DNA of 64,000 bases from Hormoscilla sp. (GTDB lineage Bacteria > Cyanobacteriota > Cyanobacteriia > Cyanobacteriales > Desertifilaceae). The position numbers and the translations under genes are program-made. The notes beneath the pieces were generated by a model that saw nothing but the letters and a program-made list of their open reading frames with translations, did no database searches and was not told the DNA's origin. Where the stretch lies: NCBI GenBank assembly GCA_051439505.1, contig JBFRWI010000102.1:1-64000 (forward strand), in the 5' to 3' direction. Below, one piece after another: positions 48,852-60,364 of the stretch (position 1 is its first letter; each line of letters starts with the position of its first letter).

Positions 48852-50660
48852 ATGACGAGCAATTATCGCGATCGCCCACTGGGGCGGACCAAAAGAAAAC
48901 GCCCATCCTCACCGAAATATCAGTTATCATCTCGTTGGAGACTGTTTCTAGTTTGGCTGATATTAATGGGGGGAATTTCAAGTCTGATGGCGAACTTGTT
49001 CCGCTTGCAAGTGACTCAAAGCTCGGCGCTGCGCGCTAAGGCGATCTCGCAACAGCGGACTTCAGGGCGTAGTTTTGTGCCTCGACGTCCGATAGTTGAC
49101 CGCAATAACGTGATTTTGGCGATCGATCAGCCGGCCTATACTCTCTACGCTCATCCCAAGTTGTTTAAGCAAAAGCTAGAGACGATCGCCCATGCGGTAG
49201 CCCCGATCGTCAAGCAGCCTGCTGCCAAGTTGTTCGCCAAATTGGGTACAGCCCCGAGTGGTATTATGCTGGAATATGCTCTAACTGAGGATCTTGCCAA
49301 TCGTATCAGAAGCTTGCAAATTGACGGACTAGAGTTAGTTTCTCATCAGCAGCGCCTTTACCCCCAAGGGCATCTGTTTGCGGAGGTGGTCGGTTATGTG
49401 GATGTCGATCGTCAAGGTAGAGCAGGTGTAGAAGCTGCTCATCAGAATTTATTGGAACGTTCTGTGAAACCAATATGGCTGAATCGTGCTGGAGATGGTT
49501 CCATTTTACCAGATCGATTGCCTGCGGGGTTTTTGGATACAGATGAATTGCAACTCGCGCTGACTCTCGATAGTCGCTTGCAACGGATCGCCCGATCGGC
49601 CCTGAAGCGACAGATGGAGAAATACAAAGCTAAGCGAGGCACCGTGATCGTCATGGATGCCAGTAATGGGGCCTTGCTATCTTTGGTAGTCGAGCCTAAC
49701 TATGATTCTAATCTTTACTATAAATCCCCAATTGAGTTGTTGAAGAATTGGGCCCTCAGCGATCTATATGAACCTGGCTCTACTTTTAAGCCTGTTAATG
49801 TGGCGATCGCCCTGGAGGAGAGGGCGATCGCGGCCAACAGCGCCTTCTACGATGAAGGTCAACTGCACATTGATAACTGGCCGATTCAAAATCACGATTT
49901 CCGCCAGGGGGTGAGTAGAAAAAAGTTAACTGTTACTCAAATTCTGCAATATTCCAGCAATGTGGGCATGGTTCATATCATGGAAAAATTGCCTTCAGCC
50001 GTTTATTATAATTGGCTGAAACGACTAGGACTGGGGGAAAACATTGGCATTGACTTGCCCGGTGAAATGTCAGGTCAGATTAAGACTAAAGCCCAGTTTA
50101 CTGGTTCTCCCGTTGAACCAGCTACGACTGCTTTTGGTCAGGGATTTTCTTTGACTCCCCTGCAACTGGCACAAATTCAAGCTATCCTCGCTAATGGTGG
50201 CTACTTGGTGACGCCGCATGTGGTGCGGGGACTATTTGACAGCCAGGGACAACCCCATTGGAAAAATCAGCTACCGCCGCCCAAGCAAGTCTTCTCTTTC
50301 CAAACGACTCAAGCTGTTTTGGAAATGATGGAACAGGTTGTCAGTCAGGGAACTGGTAAGGCGGCCCAAATTCCTAACTATCTCATTGCTGGTAAAACCG
50401 GTACGGCTCAAAAAGCTCATCCCCAAGGTGGCTATTACGAACGCGCTAGAATCACCAGCTTTGTAGGCATTTTGCCCGTCAATCTTCCCCCAGATCCGGA
50501 TGATAGCGATCGGGGTTTGAGGCCAGTCCGTCGTTATGTGGTTTTGGCCGTGATTGACGAACCGATCGGGGATGATGCCTATGGCGGTACTGTTGCTGCC
50601 CCGATCGTCAAGTCGGTGATGGAATCTCTCATTACTATTGCCCAAATTCCACCTCAATAG
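48852..50660 (+). CDS. ftsI: Class B penicillin-binding protein (FtsI-like)
   Basis: EPGSTFK (SxxK), SSN (SxN), GKTGTAQ (KTG); N-terminal TM. Confidence 0.88.
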   Translation: MTSNYRDRPLGRTKRKRPSSPKYQLSSRWRLFLVWLILMGGISSLMANLFRLQVTQSSALRAKAISQQRTSGRSFVPRRPIVDRNNVILAIDQPAYTLYAHPKLFKQKLETIAHAVAPIVKQPAAKLFAKLGTAPSGIMLEYALTEDLANRIRSLQIDGLELVSHQQRLYPQGHLFAEVVGYVDVDRQGRAGVEAAHQNLLERSVKPIWLNRAGDGSILPDRLPAGFLDTDELQLALTLDSRLQRIARSALKRQMEKYKAKRGTVIVMDASNGALLSLVVEPNYDSNLYYKSPIELLKNWALSDLYEPGSTFKPVNVAIALEERAIAANSAFYDEGQLHIDNWPIQNHDFRQGVSRKKLTVTQILQYSSNVGMVHIMEKLPSAVYYNWLKRLGLGENIGIDLPGEMSGQIKTKAQFTGSPVEPATTAFGQGFSLTPLQLAQIQAILANGGYLVTPHVVRGLFDSQGQPHWKNQLPPPKQVFSFQTTQAVLEMMEQVVSQGTGKAAQIPNYLIAGKTGTAQKAHPQGGYYERARITSFVGILPVNLPPDPDDSDRGLRPVRRYVVLAVIDEPIGDDAYGGTVAAPIVKSVMESLITIAQIPPQ

Positions 50661-50867
50661 ATAGATAGTCGCCCGAACCCGTGCATGGTCCGGCTAAACA
50701 AACAAAGCCCGCCTGCGCGGGCTATTACAAAGAGGGTCTGCCTCCTGTTCCGACTCCAGGCAGACCCTCTGGGAACAGTTACGTCGCGACGAAACTAGCA
50801 ACGAGGAAATTGTTGTTAGCCACACCCACTTCTGGTGGGCGGTGCCCACCCTACTCATACAATTTCT

Positions 50868-52928
50868 TTATGGGTTATTGATCGATCGGGTCTGACTTTT
50901 TTGCAATTGATCGATCAGCATTTCTTCGCTGCGGGCGGGGACAAGGCATTTTAGTCCCTGACATACCAATCCTACTACAGCATCTGGTAAATCTGTTGCT
51001 AGAGTCAAGACTGCTGTGGGTAAGTATTGGCTGCTGAGAATTTCTATCTGGTCTTTCTTCGTTCTCACCAGGGTTTGGTTACGATACCAGTCTAGGGCCG
51101 CAAATAGGCCGGGACAGGCTTGCGGTGCCTGGTTCATAATTGTACTGAAGGCTTTTAATCCCTCGGAAGCTCGATCGAGATATGCCAGGTTTTCTGTCAG
51201 CAGGGTCAGGCGTGCTAGGTTGGCGATCGCCACTCCATTTGCTGCTGGCGTAGCATTGTCTCCATAACTCCTTTCCCGCACGATCAGATCGTCGCTAGCA
51301 TCATTGGCCGCGTTATAATATCCTCCCAGTTCCAGACTCCAGAGAAACTCATCAAACTCCGACTGCACCGCGATCGCCTTTTCCAACCAAGATCCATTTG
51401 CCCGATCGCATGCATGTAAATCTAACAAAGCTTTAATTAACAGGGCATAATCTTCCGATTGCGCCAGCACTGCCGGTTTCCCTTCATAATTTACCCTGTA
51501 TAACCGCCCCTCTACCCATTGATTTTCCAGAATAAAATTCGCCGCCTTTGTTGCTAATTCCAGGTATTCCGTGCGCCCGAATATGCTAGCAGCTTTGGCC
51601 AGACCCGAGATCGTCAGGCTATTCCAGGCTACGATCATTTTCGGATCTGTTACTGCCGGAATGCGTCCCGGCCAGTTAACTGTTTTCGCTTCTTCGTTGT
51701 TGCGGGCTGGGGGAAAGGTTTTTATTTCCTCTGGGGCGGCACCGTAGCGGACAGCAAACAATTTTTTTAATGCCGTTTCCAGGCTATCCGATAATTTTCC
51801 TAGCCGAGTGCGCTGCAAGACATTTTTGCCTTCAAAATTTCCCCCGGACGTGACGGTAAACTGCTGCTGCATTTCTGCCAACTCTTCTGGAGTCAGTATT
51901 TCCGAGAGTTCCCCATAAGTCCAGACGTAAAATTCCCCCTCTTCTGGTTCTACTGCTGCTGCGGAAGTGAAACTGTCAGCATCTTGGGCCGCGTAGAAGT
52001 AACCCTGGGGAGATGTCATTTCTCGCTGCAACCATGCTACCGTACCCTCGATCGCCCTTTCAAAGGCCGGTTCTTGCAGTCCGTCACTCCATAGGTTTGC
52101 CAGATACTCGATAATTTGTCCGTTATCGTAGAGCATCTTTTCAAAGTGAGGCACTGTCCAAGTCGGATCGACCGTGTAGCGATGAAACCCTCCCGCCACA
52201 TGATCGTAAATTCCTCCCAAGGCCAGGTCATATCCCCGTTGCCTACAGGCATTTTTAGCGTCATTTGCCAATACAAAATTTAACCGACTGCCCTGCAATG
52301 CCATTTCTGCATAGGGGATCATGGGGAAACTCGGACCCCCACTTTTCGATGAGAGGATCCTGGCGCTAATTTCTGCCCCTTTGACTAGCAATTCATCTTC
52401 TAACTCGTCAGTCCCTGGCAGGATCGCTGCTTGCTGGAGGGTTTCCAGGATCTCCTCTTTGAAGGTTGCTAGCTTGGTTTTTTCCGTGTCGTAGAAGCGG
52501 CGAATTAATTGTAGCACTTGCAGAAACCCCGGACGTCCATAGCGCGGTTCCACTGGGAAGTACGTGCCGCCGTAAAAGGGAATGCGATCGCCTGGCGTCA
52601 GAAAGATATTCAAGGGCCAACCTCCTTGCCCCGTCATCATCTGTAACGCCTGCATGTATATGCTATCTATGTCCGGTCTCTCTTCCCGGTCTACCTTGAT
52701 CGGCAGGAAGTTGGCATTCATGTAGTCGGCGATCGCCCCATCTGAGAATGCCTCTCCTTCCATTACCGTACACCAATGGCAGCTCGAATAGCCAATCGAG
52801 AGGAATATTGGTTTATTTTCCCGTTCGGCCTTTTCTAGGGCTTCATCACACCAGTCCCACCAGTCGATCGGGTTTTCTGCATGCTTGCGCAGATATAGGC
52901 TTTGGGCTTTTGCCAAGCGATTTGTCAT
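50868..52928 (-). CDS. YyaL/SPATA20-like thioredoxin-domain protein (DUF255)
   Basis: [43 protein letters not shown]. Confidence 0.95.
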   Translation of the reverse strand: MTNRLAKAQSLYLRKHAENPIDWWDWCDEALEKAERENKPIFLSIGYSSCHWCTVMEGEAFSDGAIADYMNANFLPIKVDREERPDIDSIYMQALQMMTGQGGWPLNIFLTPGDRIPFYGGTYFPVEPRYGRPGFLQVLQLIRRFYDTEKTKLATFKEEILETLQQAAILPGTDELEDELLVKGAEISARILSSKSGGPSFPMIPYAEMALQGSRLNFVLANDAKNACRQRGYDLALGGIYDHVAGGFHRYTVDPTWTVPHFEKMLYDNGQIIEYLANLWSDGLQEPAFERAIEGTVAWLQREMTSPQGYFYAAQDADSFTSAAAVEPEEGEFYVWTYGELSEILTPEELAEMQQQFTVTSGGNFEGKNVLQRTRLGKLSDSLETALKKLFAVRYGAAPEEIKTFPPARNNEEAKTVNWPGRIPAVTDPKMIVAWNSLTISGLAKAASIFGRTEYLELATKAANFILENQWVEGRLYRVNYEGKPAVLAQSEDYALLIKALLDLHACDRANGSWLEKAIAVQSEFDEFLWSLELGGYYNAANDASDDLIVRERSYGDNATPAANGVAIANLARLTLLTENLAYLDRASEGLKAFSTIMNQAPQACPGLFAALDWYRNQTLVRTKKDQIEILSSQYLPTAVLTLATDLPDAVVGLVCQGLKCLVPARSEEMLIDQLQKSQTRSINNP

Positions 52929-53253
52929 CTGGTTGAGTAACTCTCTTATATTTAGTTTACCTTCTTTTACACCCCAACCGTTTTCAGCTCCTGCCCAAGC
53001 GATCGATCGCCCGGACGAGAGCGGAGGTGCAAGTTTCTATTATAACTCGGGAGTACAGTTTTCTGTCAAATTCCCCGATCGCTTTTTCTCCGACTCCCAG
53101 CCTACCCCTCTGGCGATATCTTATCATTATCATTTGCACATTTTATGCTATGTTGCCTATGTTGCATTTTCAGCACAACCGATAGGCGATCCACTGAGAT
53201 CAATTTTGAGCTATAATTATTGAGACATCTGTAATTCATTGAGGATTCAGTTT

Positions 53254-53448
53254 ATGGTAACGATGGCTACCGGAAGTATAACTGTAAACCTACCAGCTGA
53301 CCTCGTGCAGGCGATCGACCAAGCTGTGCGATCGGGTATTGCTAAGAGTCGTAATGAATTGATTCTTCTGGCTTTGGGCCACGAACTTAAAGCCTGCAAA
53401 CATGTTGAGGATGACGATTCTTTAACAATGGGTGATTTTTACATGTAA
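53254..53448 (+). CDS. Ribbon-helix-helix (CopG) protein, short paralog of the downstream antitoxin
   Basis: ITVNLPADLVQAIDQAV..GIAKSRNELI. Confidence 0.7.
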   Translation: MVTMATGSITVNLPADLVQAIDQAVRSGIAKSRNELILLALGHELKACKHVEDDDSLTMGDFYM

Positions 53449-53630
53449 AAAATTTCTGCTAGAATTAATGAGAAATTTGTCAGGGTGCATCAGGGTTGTG
53501 TCAGGGCGAAGCATTCGGATAGTGAATCAGTCTATTTATGTCATAATTTATCCCCAGAATGCTTCGCTCCTACAGCGAGATGTTCTTATATAGGATGCAC
53601 CCCATTTGTAATACATTCAGGAGTCAGTGT

Positions 53631-53918
53631 ATGGTAACTACTACCATCGGAACTATAACTGTGAATCTACCTGCCGACCTCAGTCAGGCGATCGACCAAG
53701 CTGTCGAAGCGGGTATTGCCAAGAGTCGCGATGACTTTATTCTTCTGGCTGTGCGCGAGAAAATTGCTGCTCAGAAGCAGGCCGACGAACTTGAAGCCCA
53801 GAGGCGGGCTCAAGTGCCAAATATTCTTGCAGATATCGAAAGCCGTCGTCGAGTGAATCCTGCTGATTTTGGACTGCCAGATAGCACCATTTTGATTCGG
53901 GAGGAACGGAACAGATGA
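53631..53918 (+). CDS. RHH antitoxin (VapB-like)
   Basis: ITVNLPADL..AIDQAV; DSTILIREER tail; ATGA overlap with the PIN gene. Confidence 0.8.
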   Translation: MVTTTIGTITVNLPADLSQAIDQAVEAGIAKSRDDFILLAVREKIAAQKQADELEAQRRAQVPNILADIESRRRVNPADFGLPDSTILIREERNR

Positions 53919-54373
53919 CAACTACTCTCAGATACGTAGTAGATGCTAATGTGGGGATTAAGCAATTTATATCTGACCCGCTATCTCCTAAAGTTAAACA
54001 ACTGTTTGCTCTCCTTGACAGTCCACAAACTGAAATTTTCATACCTGACCTATTTTACATAGAATGTGGTAGCATCTTCCGCAAGTATGTCCGGGCGGGA
54101 CTTTACACTGCTGATGAAGTTCAGACTGATTTAATTAGTCTTAAGGGATTACCTTTGCGCGTTGTCTCTAATGCTGACTTGATGGCGGATGCAGTCAGTA
54201 TTAGCTTGACTCACGGAATTTATGTCTATGATGCTAGTTATGTGGCACTGTCCGAACATGTAAATGCTCCTTTGCTGACTCTCGACCAAAGGTTGGTCAA
54301 TACTCTGGCCGCTACTTCTTACGATCTCCGCTTGTTCAGTGACTGGGAAATTCCATCTTTACCATCATCCTAG
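53915..54373 (+). CDS. PIN-domain toxin (VapC family)
   Basis: YVVDANV, PDLFYIE, YDASYVAL, LLTLDQRL. Confidence 0.92.
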   Translation: MTTTLRYVVDANVGIKQFISDPLSPKVKQLFALLDSPQTEIFIPDLFYIECGSIFRKYVRAGLYTADEVQTDLISLKGLPLRVVSNADLMADAVSISLTHGIYVYDASYVALSEHVNAPLLTLDQRLVNTLAATSYDLRLFSDWEIPSLPSS

Positions 54374-55378
54374 TTCTCTGGAAATTATTAGGTTGGGTTT
54401 CGTGCGGAGACCCAACCTACGGGTTTTCATTTGCTTAAGATCGACGTTTCCTCCCGTGATTATAATACCAATTTTTGCTCCTGGCCTTTTGATGATTCCT
54501 TCTAGCAAGGCCGCTGCCCCTAATGCCCCGGTTGGTTCTACTACGATCTTTAACCTCTCCCATAGGAAAAACATTGTTCGCTCGATCGCCTCTTCAGATA
54601 CGGCCACCATGTCATGCACGTAATGCAATATTAAGGGAAAGGTGAGCTGACCCAGACTCGGCGTCCGCGCTCCATCTGCTATTGTATCAGGATTCTCTAC
54701 CGTTTGTAGAGTTTGACTGTGAAACGATCGCACCCCATCATCTGCCCTTTCCGGTTCTACTCCAATTACTTGACATTTGGGAGATAATGTGCTAGCAGCA
54801 ATAGCAGAACCTGATAGCAATCCGCCGCCTCCACAACTGACTAATAATAGATCTAATTCCCCCACTTCGGTAATTAATTCTTTGGCCGCCGTACCTTGCC
54901 CTGCTATGATATCTACATGATCGTAAGGGGGAATGATAATTAAATTATCCTCGATCGCCCTCTGCTTGGTTAATTCTTCCCTCTTACTCTCCGCCCGATC
55001 GTATAAGATCACTTCTGCGCCATAACCTCGGGTCGCTGCTAGCTTAACATCGGGGGCATCTTGGGGCATAATTATTTTTGTGGGCATTTCTAGCAGTTGC
55101 CCCGCTAAGGCGATCGCCTGAGCGTGATTTCCCGAGGAATAGGTGATTACGCCGGAACTTTTTTGGGCCTCTGATAGTTTTGACAGGGCATTGTAGGCAC
55201 CTCTAAACTTGAAGGAACCGGTGCGCTGGAAGTTTTCGCACTTAAAATATACCTGGGCATTAGTCAAGTTATTCACCGATCGGGAGGTAAGAACTGGGGT
55301 TTGATGAGCTATATCAGTGAGGCGGATAGCAGCTGCTTCGACATTAGCATATGTAACGGGGAATGTGGTACTATTCAT
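54365..55378 (-). CDS. PLP-dependent Ser/Thr dehydratase (threo-3-hydroxyaspartate ammonia-lyase-like)
   Basis: KCENFQRTGSFKFRGA, SSGNHAQ, GGGGL, VEPTGA, GGNVD. Confidence 0.92.
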   Translation of the reverse strand: MNSTTFPVTYANVEAAAIRLTDIAHQTPVLTSRSVNNLTNAQVYFKCENFQRTGSFKFRGAYNALSKLSEAQKSSGVITYSSGNHAQAIALAGQLLEMPTKIIMPQDAPDVKLAATRGYGAEVILYDRAESKREELTKQRAIEDNLIIIPPYDHVDIIAGQGTAAKELITEVGELDLLLVSCGGGGLLSGSAIAASTLSPKCQVIGVEPERADDGVRSFHSQTLQTVENPDTIADGARTPSLGQLTFPLILHYVHDMVAVSEEAIERTMFFLWERLKIVVEPTGALGAAALLEGIIKRPGAKIGIIITGGNVDLKQMKTRRLGLRTKPNLIISRELG

Positions 55379-55475
55379 TGACTTATGAAAATAGGTTTGT
55401 AGTAAACGCTTTAGCGTTTGCCGTTTGTAGTAAACGCTTTAGCGTTTGCCGTTAGTGGGTAGTGAGCGATGCCCA

Positions 55476-57173
55476 CTAACGAAAATCTGATTTCCAGATA
55501 TGAGCTGCTCGCTTTGCTAAATCCTTCTGACGGTTATATAGAGAATCTGCTGTCCACTCCAGAGCATTAATGTTCTGAGTCAAAGTATAAGCACTCTGCT
55601 GATATTTTTCTCGCTTCACCTGATAACTTTTGTCGCCAATATCGCGGTTAAAAGTCTCTTCTAATAGGGTGAGATTTCCGAGGCGATAAACCATTTCCTC
55701 TACTTGCTCATCTGGAAAATGGTGCCGCCAGTCATCTGTAGGTCTTTGAGGCAGGATATGTTCTATTGAGAAACTATCCTCATTCACTTCCATTCCGGAA
55801 GCATCTGCCTCTAATTTATAGAGAATATACCGCACGAGCTTTTTTTTATGCCCTTTTGTAGAAATGGTAAGTAAGGAAAAGTCTTGCTTAAACTTGTCAT
55901 CTGGGACGTAAACTTGACGCAGTTCCTCAAAAATATCACTGGAACTCTTTATTTCTCCCTTTTCGATCTTAATCGCTACCTGATTATAAACGGTCTCAAA
56001 GTTATTAGGATTCAAACTGCTTACAATACTGTAGCGGAAGGAGATTGTCCCTACCAGTTTCAGCACCCGAGTGAAGTCTTTAGGGTCAAAATGCTGATAT
56101 GCAGCAAACAATGCTGGGTACATCTGTTTTACTCCAAATAAATTCAATGCCCGCAGGTGAGGATAGTTTTCTGGCGTTTCCACCCAGAATTCATCGTTGG
56201 GATTGTCTAGCGCTAAGAATAAACTACTATAGTTTTCTAGCTGGTCCAGCAAGTCAAAAGCTTCTTGGGCATCTCTGACAGCATCCCTAACTAGCTTAAA
56301 TAAGCGATCGCCCCTGACTCTACTATGTTGCATACTCAGATAGTAGCGCAGAAAACTCGGGAAATTTTTCATCTGCACTGTATTAATAATGCCCTGCCAT
56401 TGGGACTGAGCTATCTGGAGATCGTCTGGCCCTTGAAAGAGGGAAAATAGATAGTTTTTGAGCAAGTCAGTCGCAGTTAGTTCTATCCCTCTCGCATTCA
56501 GGGTCTCGAAAACTCTGTAGGCATTCAGTTCATCTTCAACGGTTATTTGGATAAACAGTAGCCTTGCGGCTACCGTATCTGTCAGAAATGAAGCGATCTT
56601 TTCTCCATCATGAATGATGTTCTCTATTTTGCCTATCTTCTGGGTAAAATACTCATATGCCTGCCATAATTTTTGATTTGATTTCGCCAGCTTGCGGATA
56701 TTCCGAGGCTTTCTCAGATTGATCAGATTGCTTTTATAGAATTCGTGATTGTTGGCATTCAAAATTAGCTTGCTGGAGTAACGCAGAGAACGAGGGTCTT
56801 TATCTCCTAGATATGTCCGCCTGAGAATTCCCTGTCGTTCTTGGTTAGCTTCGGGATATACATTTTTATCTACCAGTTGTCGCAGCTTTTCAATCACGGC
56901 AATGGCAATGATGCTCAGAGTTGCTAGACGCTGCTGACCGTCAATGATGGTAAACTCTTTTTCCGATTTACTAGAGCTTTGCAGGACAATTGCTCCCATA
57001 TAATGACTTGTACTGGGTTCTTTATACAGCGCCTCTATATCTTGCCAAAGATCTTCCCAGTTCTCTTCTTCCCAAGAATAATCCCGCTGGAAGAGAGGTA
57101 CGCGGTAAATCTTGCTGTTGCCGATCAAATCGCCCAAGCTGGCGGTTCTTGTATCCAGGAGGTTACGTGGCAT
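55476..57173 (-). CDS. DUF262-DUF1524 (GmrSD-like) nuclease
   Basis: VPLFQRDYSW, IIDGQQR, FETLNARG; SIEHILPQ, LGNLTLL...N. Confidence 0.9.
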   Translation of the reverse strand: MPRNLLDTRTASLGDLIGNSKIYRVPLFQRDYSWEEENWEDLWQDIEALYKEPSTSHYMGAIVLQSSSKSEKEFTIIDGQQRLATLSIIAIAVIEKLRQLVDKNVYPEANQERQGILRRTYLGDKDPRSLRYSSKLILNANNHEFYKSNLINLRKPRNIRKLAKSNQKLWQAYEYFTQKIGKIENIIHDGEKIASFLTDTVAARLLFIQITVEDELNAYRVFETLNARGIELTATDLLKNYLFSLFQGPDDLQIAQSQWQGIINTVQMKNFPSFLRYYLSMQHSRVRGDRLFKLVRDAVRDAQEAFDLLDQLENYSSLFLALDNPNDEFWVETPENYPHLRALNLFGVKQMYPALFAAYQHFDPKDFTRVLKLVGTISFRYSIVSSLNPNNFETVYNQVAIKIEKGEIKSSSDIFEELRQVYVPDDKFKQDFSLLTISTKGHKKKLVRYILYKLEADASGMEVNEDSFSIEHILPQRPTDDWRHHFPDEQVEEMVYRLGNLTLLEETFNRDIGDKSYQVKREKYQQSAYTLTQNINALEWTADSLYNRQKDLAKRAAHIWKSDFR

Positions 57174-57252
57174 GATTTGCTCCGATCGTCCTTTAGTGCT
57201 TGCTAATCTATCTTAGCATATTTGCTGCGATCATACAAAGATATGGTGGCCA

Positions 57253-57400
57253 GTGCCTGGTGGGCGGTGCCTGGTGGGCGGTGCCTGGTGGGCGGTGCCT
57301 GGTGGGCGGTGCCTGGTGGGCGGTGCCCACCCTACTTTTAGAGGTGGGCGATGCCCTTGATCTCCAAGGCTTTTTGAATTTTGAATTTTGAATTTTGAAT
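57253..57400. repeat. 14-bp tandem repeats GTGCCTGGTGGGCG (x5) and TTTTGAA heptamers
   Basis: Direct reading of the sequence. Confidence 0.9.
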
Positions 57401-57415
57401 TGCTTAGTGCCCACC

Positions 57416-58675
57416 CTACTTGAATCGCTCTTTTGTGGCCTTGAATGCTTCGGCCATTACTGCTTGGATCCTCTCGGGATCCGGTCTCTTTCCTCCCATG
57501 AGATCCCCAAAGTATACGCAGGCGCCCTCCCCTAAGGCACCGGTATATGCTGCTGCCCAACTGGCCGCGATCGCGCTTCCGAACCCCGGTAGGAATTTAA
57601 TTAATTCTCTCCCGATCGCCTGGGCCACAAATCCTCCCGCGATCGCGCTTACTATTCCTCCTGCTTGGGATGGCGTTACTGTCTGACCGTACAGCTTCCC
57701 CAGTACCCCCACCATCGATACTTGTAATGCTGTTAACACTGGCATCGTCGCAAAAGGTAAGGGTACTGCTGCTAAGGTGGCCGCGATCGCGCAAAATGCT
57801 ACTATATAACGCCGTGCTACATCCCGATACATATTCCCGATCTCGGAAATAGCTTCTCCATCTAATATTTGATGTATAGTTCGCGCTTCCGCTTCGGGTA
57901 GGAGATCGGCTATGCTATCCCTGAAGGCTTCTAATCCATAATATACTGGATTGTATCCGTCCTCTTCTAACGTGAAGTCTATTAATCTTGCCCGATCGCA
58001 CATTTTTCCGAATCCCTCTACTATGGCATTATAGGCCCGCTGGACTTCCTCGTACTGCGGAGGATATGCAGGATGATCCTCAGTTCCGGCAGGATATACT
58101 TCATGCAGGCAGGTAACAGCTAGCAGACAGGGGATCTGGGGATATTTTTCCCGCAACTGGGTGCCTATTTGTCGCAATGTTTCCGTAGCGAAATCGTTGA
58201 TTTTTACTGTTAAGATCAGAATCTTGGCCCGGCCAGTCTCGTCGGACATTTCTCCCAGCAATTCCGAAATAATCTCCTCCCTCTCCTGGCCCACGTCCCC
58301 CAGTCCTACCGTATCCGTAAAGATTAGCAGGGGCAGGTCGTTTGCAGGATAGGCATAGCGTTCCGTATGCTGGGTGTGGGGCCGAAACCCCTGACCCACG
58401 ATCTCTGCCGATACCCCCGTTAGACCCCGGACGATGGAACTTTTCCCCGCCTGGGGTTTGCCGATTAAAATTGCCTCTGTCGTCGGTAAGGACGATCGCA
58501 CTCTCTCTAAGATCTCTGCTACTCGATCTTCGCTGACGCTAAACCACTCTACTATCTTCTGGCCCAGGCGATCGACTGGTATCATTTTCCGCAAGCGTTC
58601 TGTCGCCAGTTGCAAAACTCTGCCCTTGTTCTCAGACTGCTGGCCATTTAATTTGCTTTCCGCTTCCTCTGTCAT
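57416..58675 (-). CDS. GTPase with YcjF/DUF697-like C-terminus
   Basis: GKPQAGKSS, DTVG; hydrophobic AAVPLPFA...LPGFGSAI. Confidence 0.85.
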   Translation of the reverse strand: MTEEAESKLNGQQSENKGRVLQLATERLRKMIPVDRLGQKIVEWFSVSEDRVAEILERVRSSLPTTEAILIGKPQAGKSSIVRGLTGVSAEIVGQGFRPHTQHTERYAYPANDLPLLIFTDTVGLGDVGQEREEIISELLGEMSDETGRAKILILTVKINDFATETLRQIGTQLREKYPQIPCLLAVTCLHEVYPAGTEDHPAYPPQYEEVQRAYNAIVEGFGKMCDRARLIDFTLEEDGYNPVYYGLEAFRDSIADLLPEAEARTIHQILDGEAISEIGNMYRDVARRYIVAFCAIAATLAAVPLPFATMPVLTALQVSMVGVLGKLYGQTVTPSQAGGIVSAIAGGFVAQAIGRELIKFLPGFGSAIAASWAAAYTGALGEGACVYFGDLMGGKRPDPERIQAVMAEAFKATKERFK

Positions 58676-59139
58676 GGTCCTATTATTTCCTGCTTTCTGG
58701 TTATTTTATACCCGGAACGGGATGTATGTGGAGGTGAACAGCGATATTATTAATACTTACAGGGCAAGTCTCCCCGGAACGCGCAGCGGCCCGACAGTTA
58801 TATTTACTTATATAGAATGCACTCGAATCTAGGTTACTTCTCTATCCTCCAAATATTAATGGTTGCTATCTCTACTACTCTGGCGGAACCGACTGATGCT
58901 TCCCTTTCCCTCGTCCCCCGGGAAATTTGCCAGATATTCCCACAACTTTTGCTCATTCCCTAGTTGGGAGTCGCGAAATGGCTACTATTTATTTACCATA
59001 ATCTGGTACCACTGTCGATCGGGAACATCAACGCTTGATTATTCTTTCCCGATGCTGATGGGAAAAATACCATGGAAATCCCTATTCGGGAAGTGAAACG
59101 GATCTTGGCCTTTAGCGATCTCCACTTCACTCCTCGCAA

Positions 59140-60342
59140 CTAGCGATCGCCTCTATTTAATTTTTTCTCCAAGCGGCGGCTAGCCAGAGACATAGCATAG
59201 CAAAAACACCAGTAAAGTATGCCCACGAATAAATATACCTCGGCATAGCGCCCCAAAAACTTGGGATTGGCTAAAACTGCATTGCCGATGCCCAGCAATT
59301 CTACCAGTCCTACCAGGGCTAGCAATGTTGTATCTTGAAACAATCCGATGAACTGACCCACGATCGCGGGAATGACTGCTTTGAGGGCCTGGGGTAAGAC
59401 GATCAGTGCTAAGGTTAAGGGTGTATTTAATCCTAAAGCTTTGGCAGCTTCCGTTTGACCTCTGGGAACTGATTGTAGTCCCGCCCGGACATTTTCCGCT
59501 AGATAAGCTGAACTGAACATCGTCAGACCCGCGATCGCGCGCAAGATCCGATCGGGTCGCATGCCCTCTGGCAGGAACAAGGGGATCATAATTTGTCCCA
59601 TAAACAGAATTGAGATCAGGGGCACTGCCCGAACGAATTCAATATAGAGAACGCAAAACCCGCGCACTACTGGCAGGGTACTTTGTCTTCCCAGTGCTAG
59701 CAAAACGCCAATGGGAAAGGACAATACTATGCTAGTCACTGCCATAAAAACAGTCAGGATCAGACCCCCCCATCTACTGGTAGATACCCCCTTTAATCCC
59801 AAACCTCCAGCCATCAGCCACAGGACAATAAAGAAGGCGCCAAACCAGGCCAATGATAGCCAACGCCCCAAACCGGGTATCTTTCTGGCCAGTTGCCGAC
59901 CTCCCCAAGCAGTTCCGACCAAGACCCCTACCATGAACAGCAGTAACAGGCGATACTCTATGGGCACTGGCACTAGCATTAATGCCGCCGATGTTACCCC
60001 GACTGCAATTAAGATTTTCCTACCGAACAGTTTCGGGCTTTTTCTGGCTAATACTCCCCAAGACAGTCCCGATAATAGGACTGTCATTGCCGCGATCGCC
60101 CAGATGCGCCAATATTGATCCTGGGGATATCTGCCCACCAGAAATAAGGGCAGGTTCGCTTGCAGTACCCGCCACTGGGCGATCGTCGTTGCCCAAACCA
60201 GAAATCCTTTGATAGTTTGGAAGAATATGCCGCAGAGTATTACTGTCAGCAGACCGTTGTGCCAGGTACTAAATAGGTTTTTCTGTATCCACTTTACCGG
60301 ACCTACCTTGAGTTCCGGTGGTGGCGCTTCTATATTCGTCAT
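59140..60342 (-). CDS. Amino-acid ABC transporter permease (AapM/NatH-like)
   Basis: YIEFVRAVPLI, AYLAENVRAGLQS..GQTEAA. Confidence 0.93.
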   Translation of the reverse strand: MTNIEAPPPELKVGPVKWIQKNLFSTWHNGLLTVILCGIFFQTIKGFLVWATTIAQWRVLQANLPLFLVGRYPQDQYWRIWAIAAMTVLLSGLSWGVLARKSPKLFGRKILIAVGVTSAALMLVPVPIEYRLLLLFMVGVLVGTAWGGRQLARKIPGLGRWLSLAWFGAFFIVLWLMAGGLGLKGVSTSRWGGLILTVFMAVTSIVLSFPIGVLLALGRQSTLPVVRGFCVLYIEFVRAVPLISILFMGQIMIPLFLPEGMRPDRILRAIAGLTMFSSAYLAENVRAGLQSVPRGQTEAAKALGLNTPLTLALIVLPQALKAVIPAIVGQFIGLFQDTTLLALVGLVELLGIGNAVLANPKFLGRYAEVYLFVGILYWCFCYAMSLASRRLEKKLNRGDR

Positions 60343-60364
60343 ACTTTATCCTTCGACTTCGTTG

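Noticed and set aside
57200..57560. Short ORFs over 14-bp and heptamer repeats
   Set aside because: Repeat-derived and partly overlapping the GTPase gene
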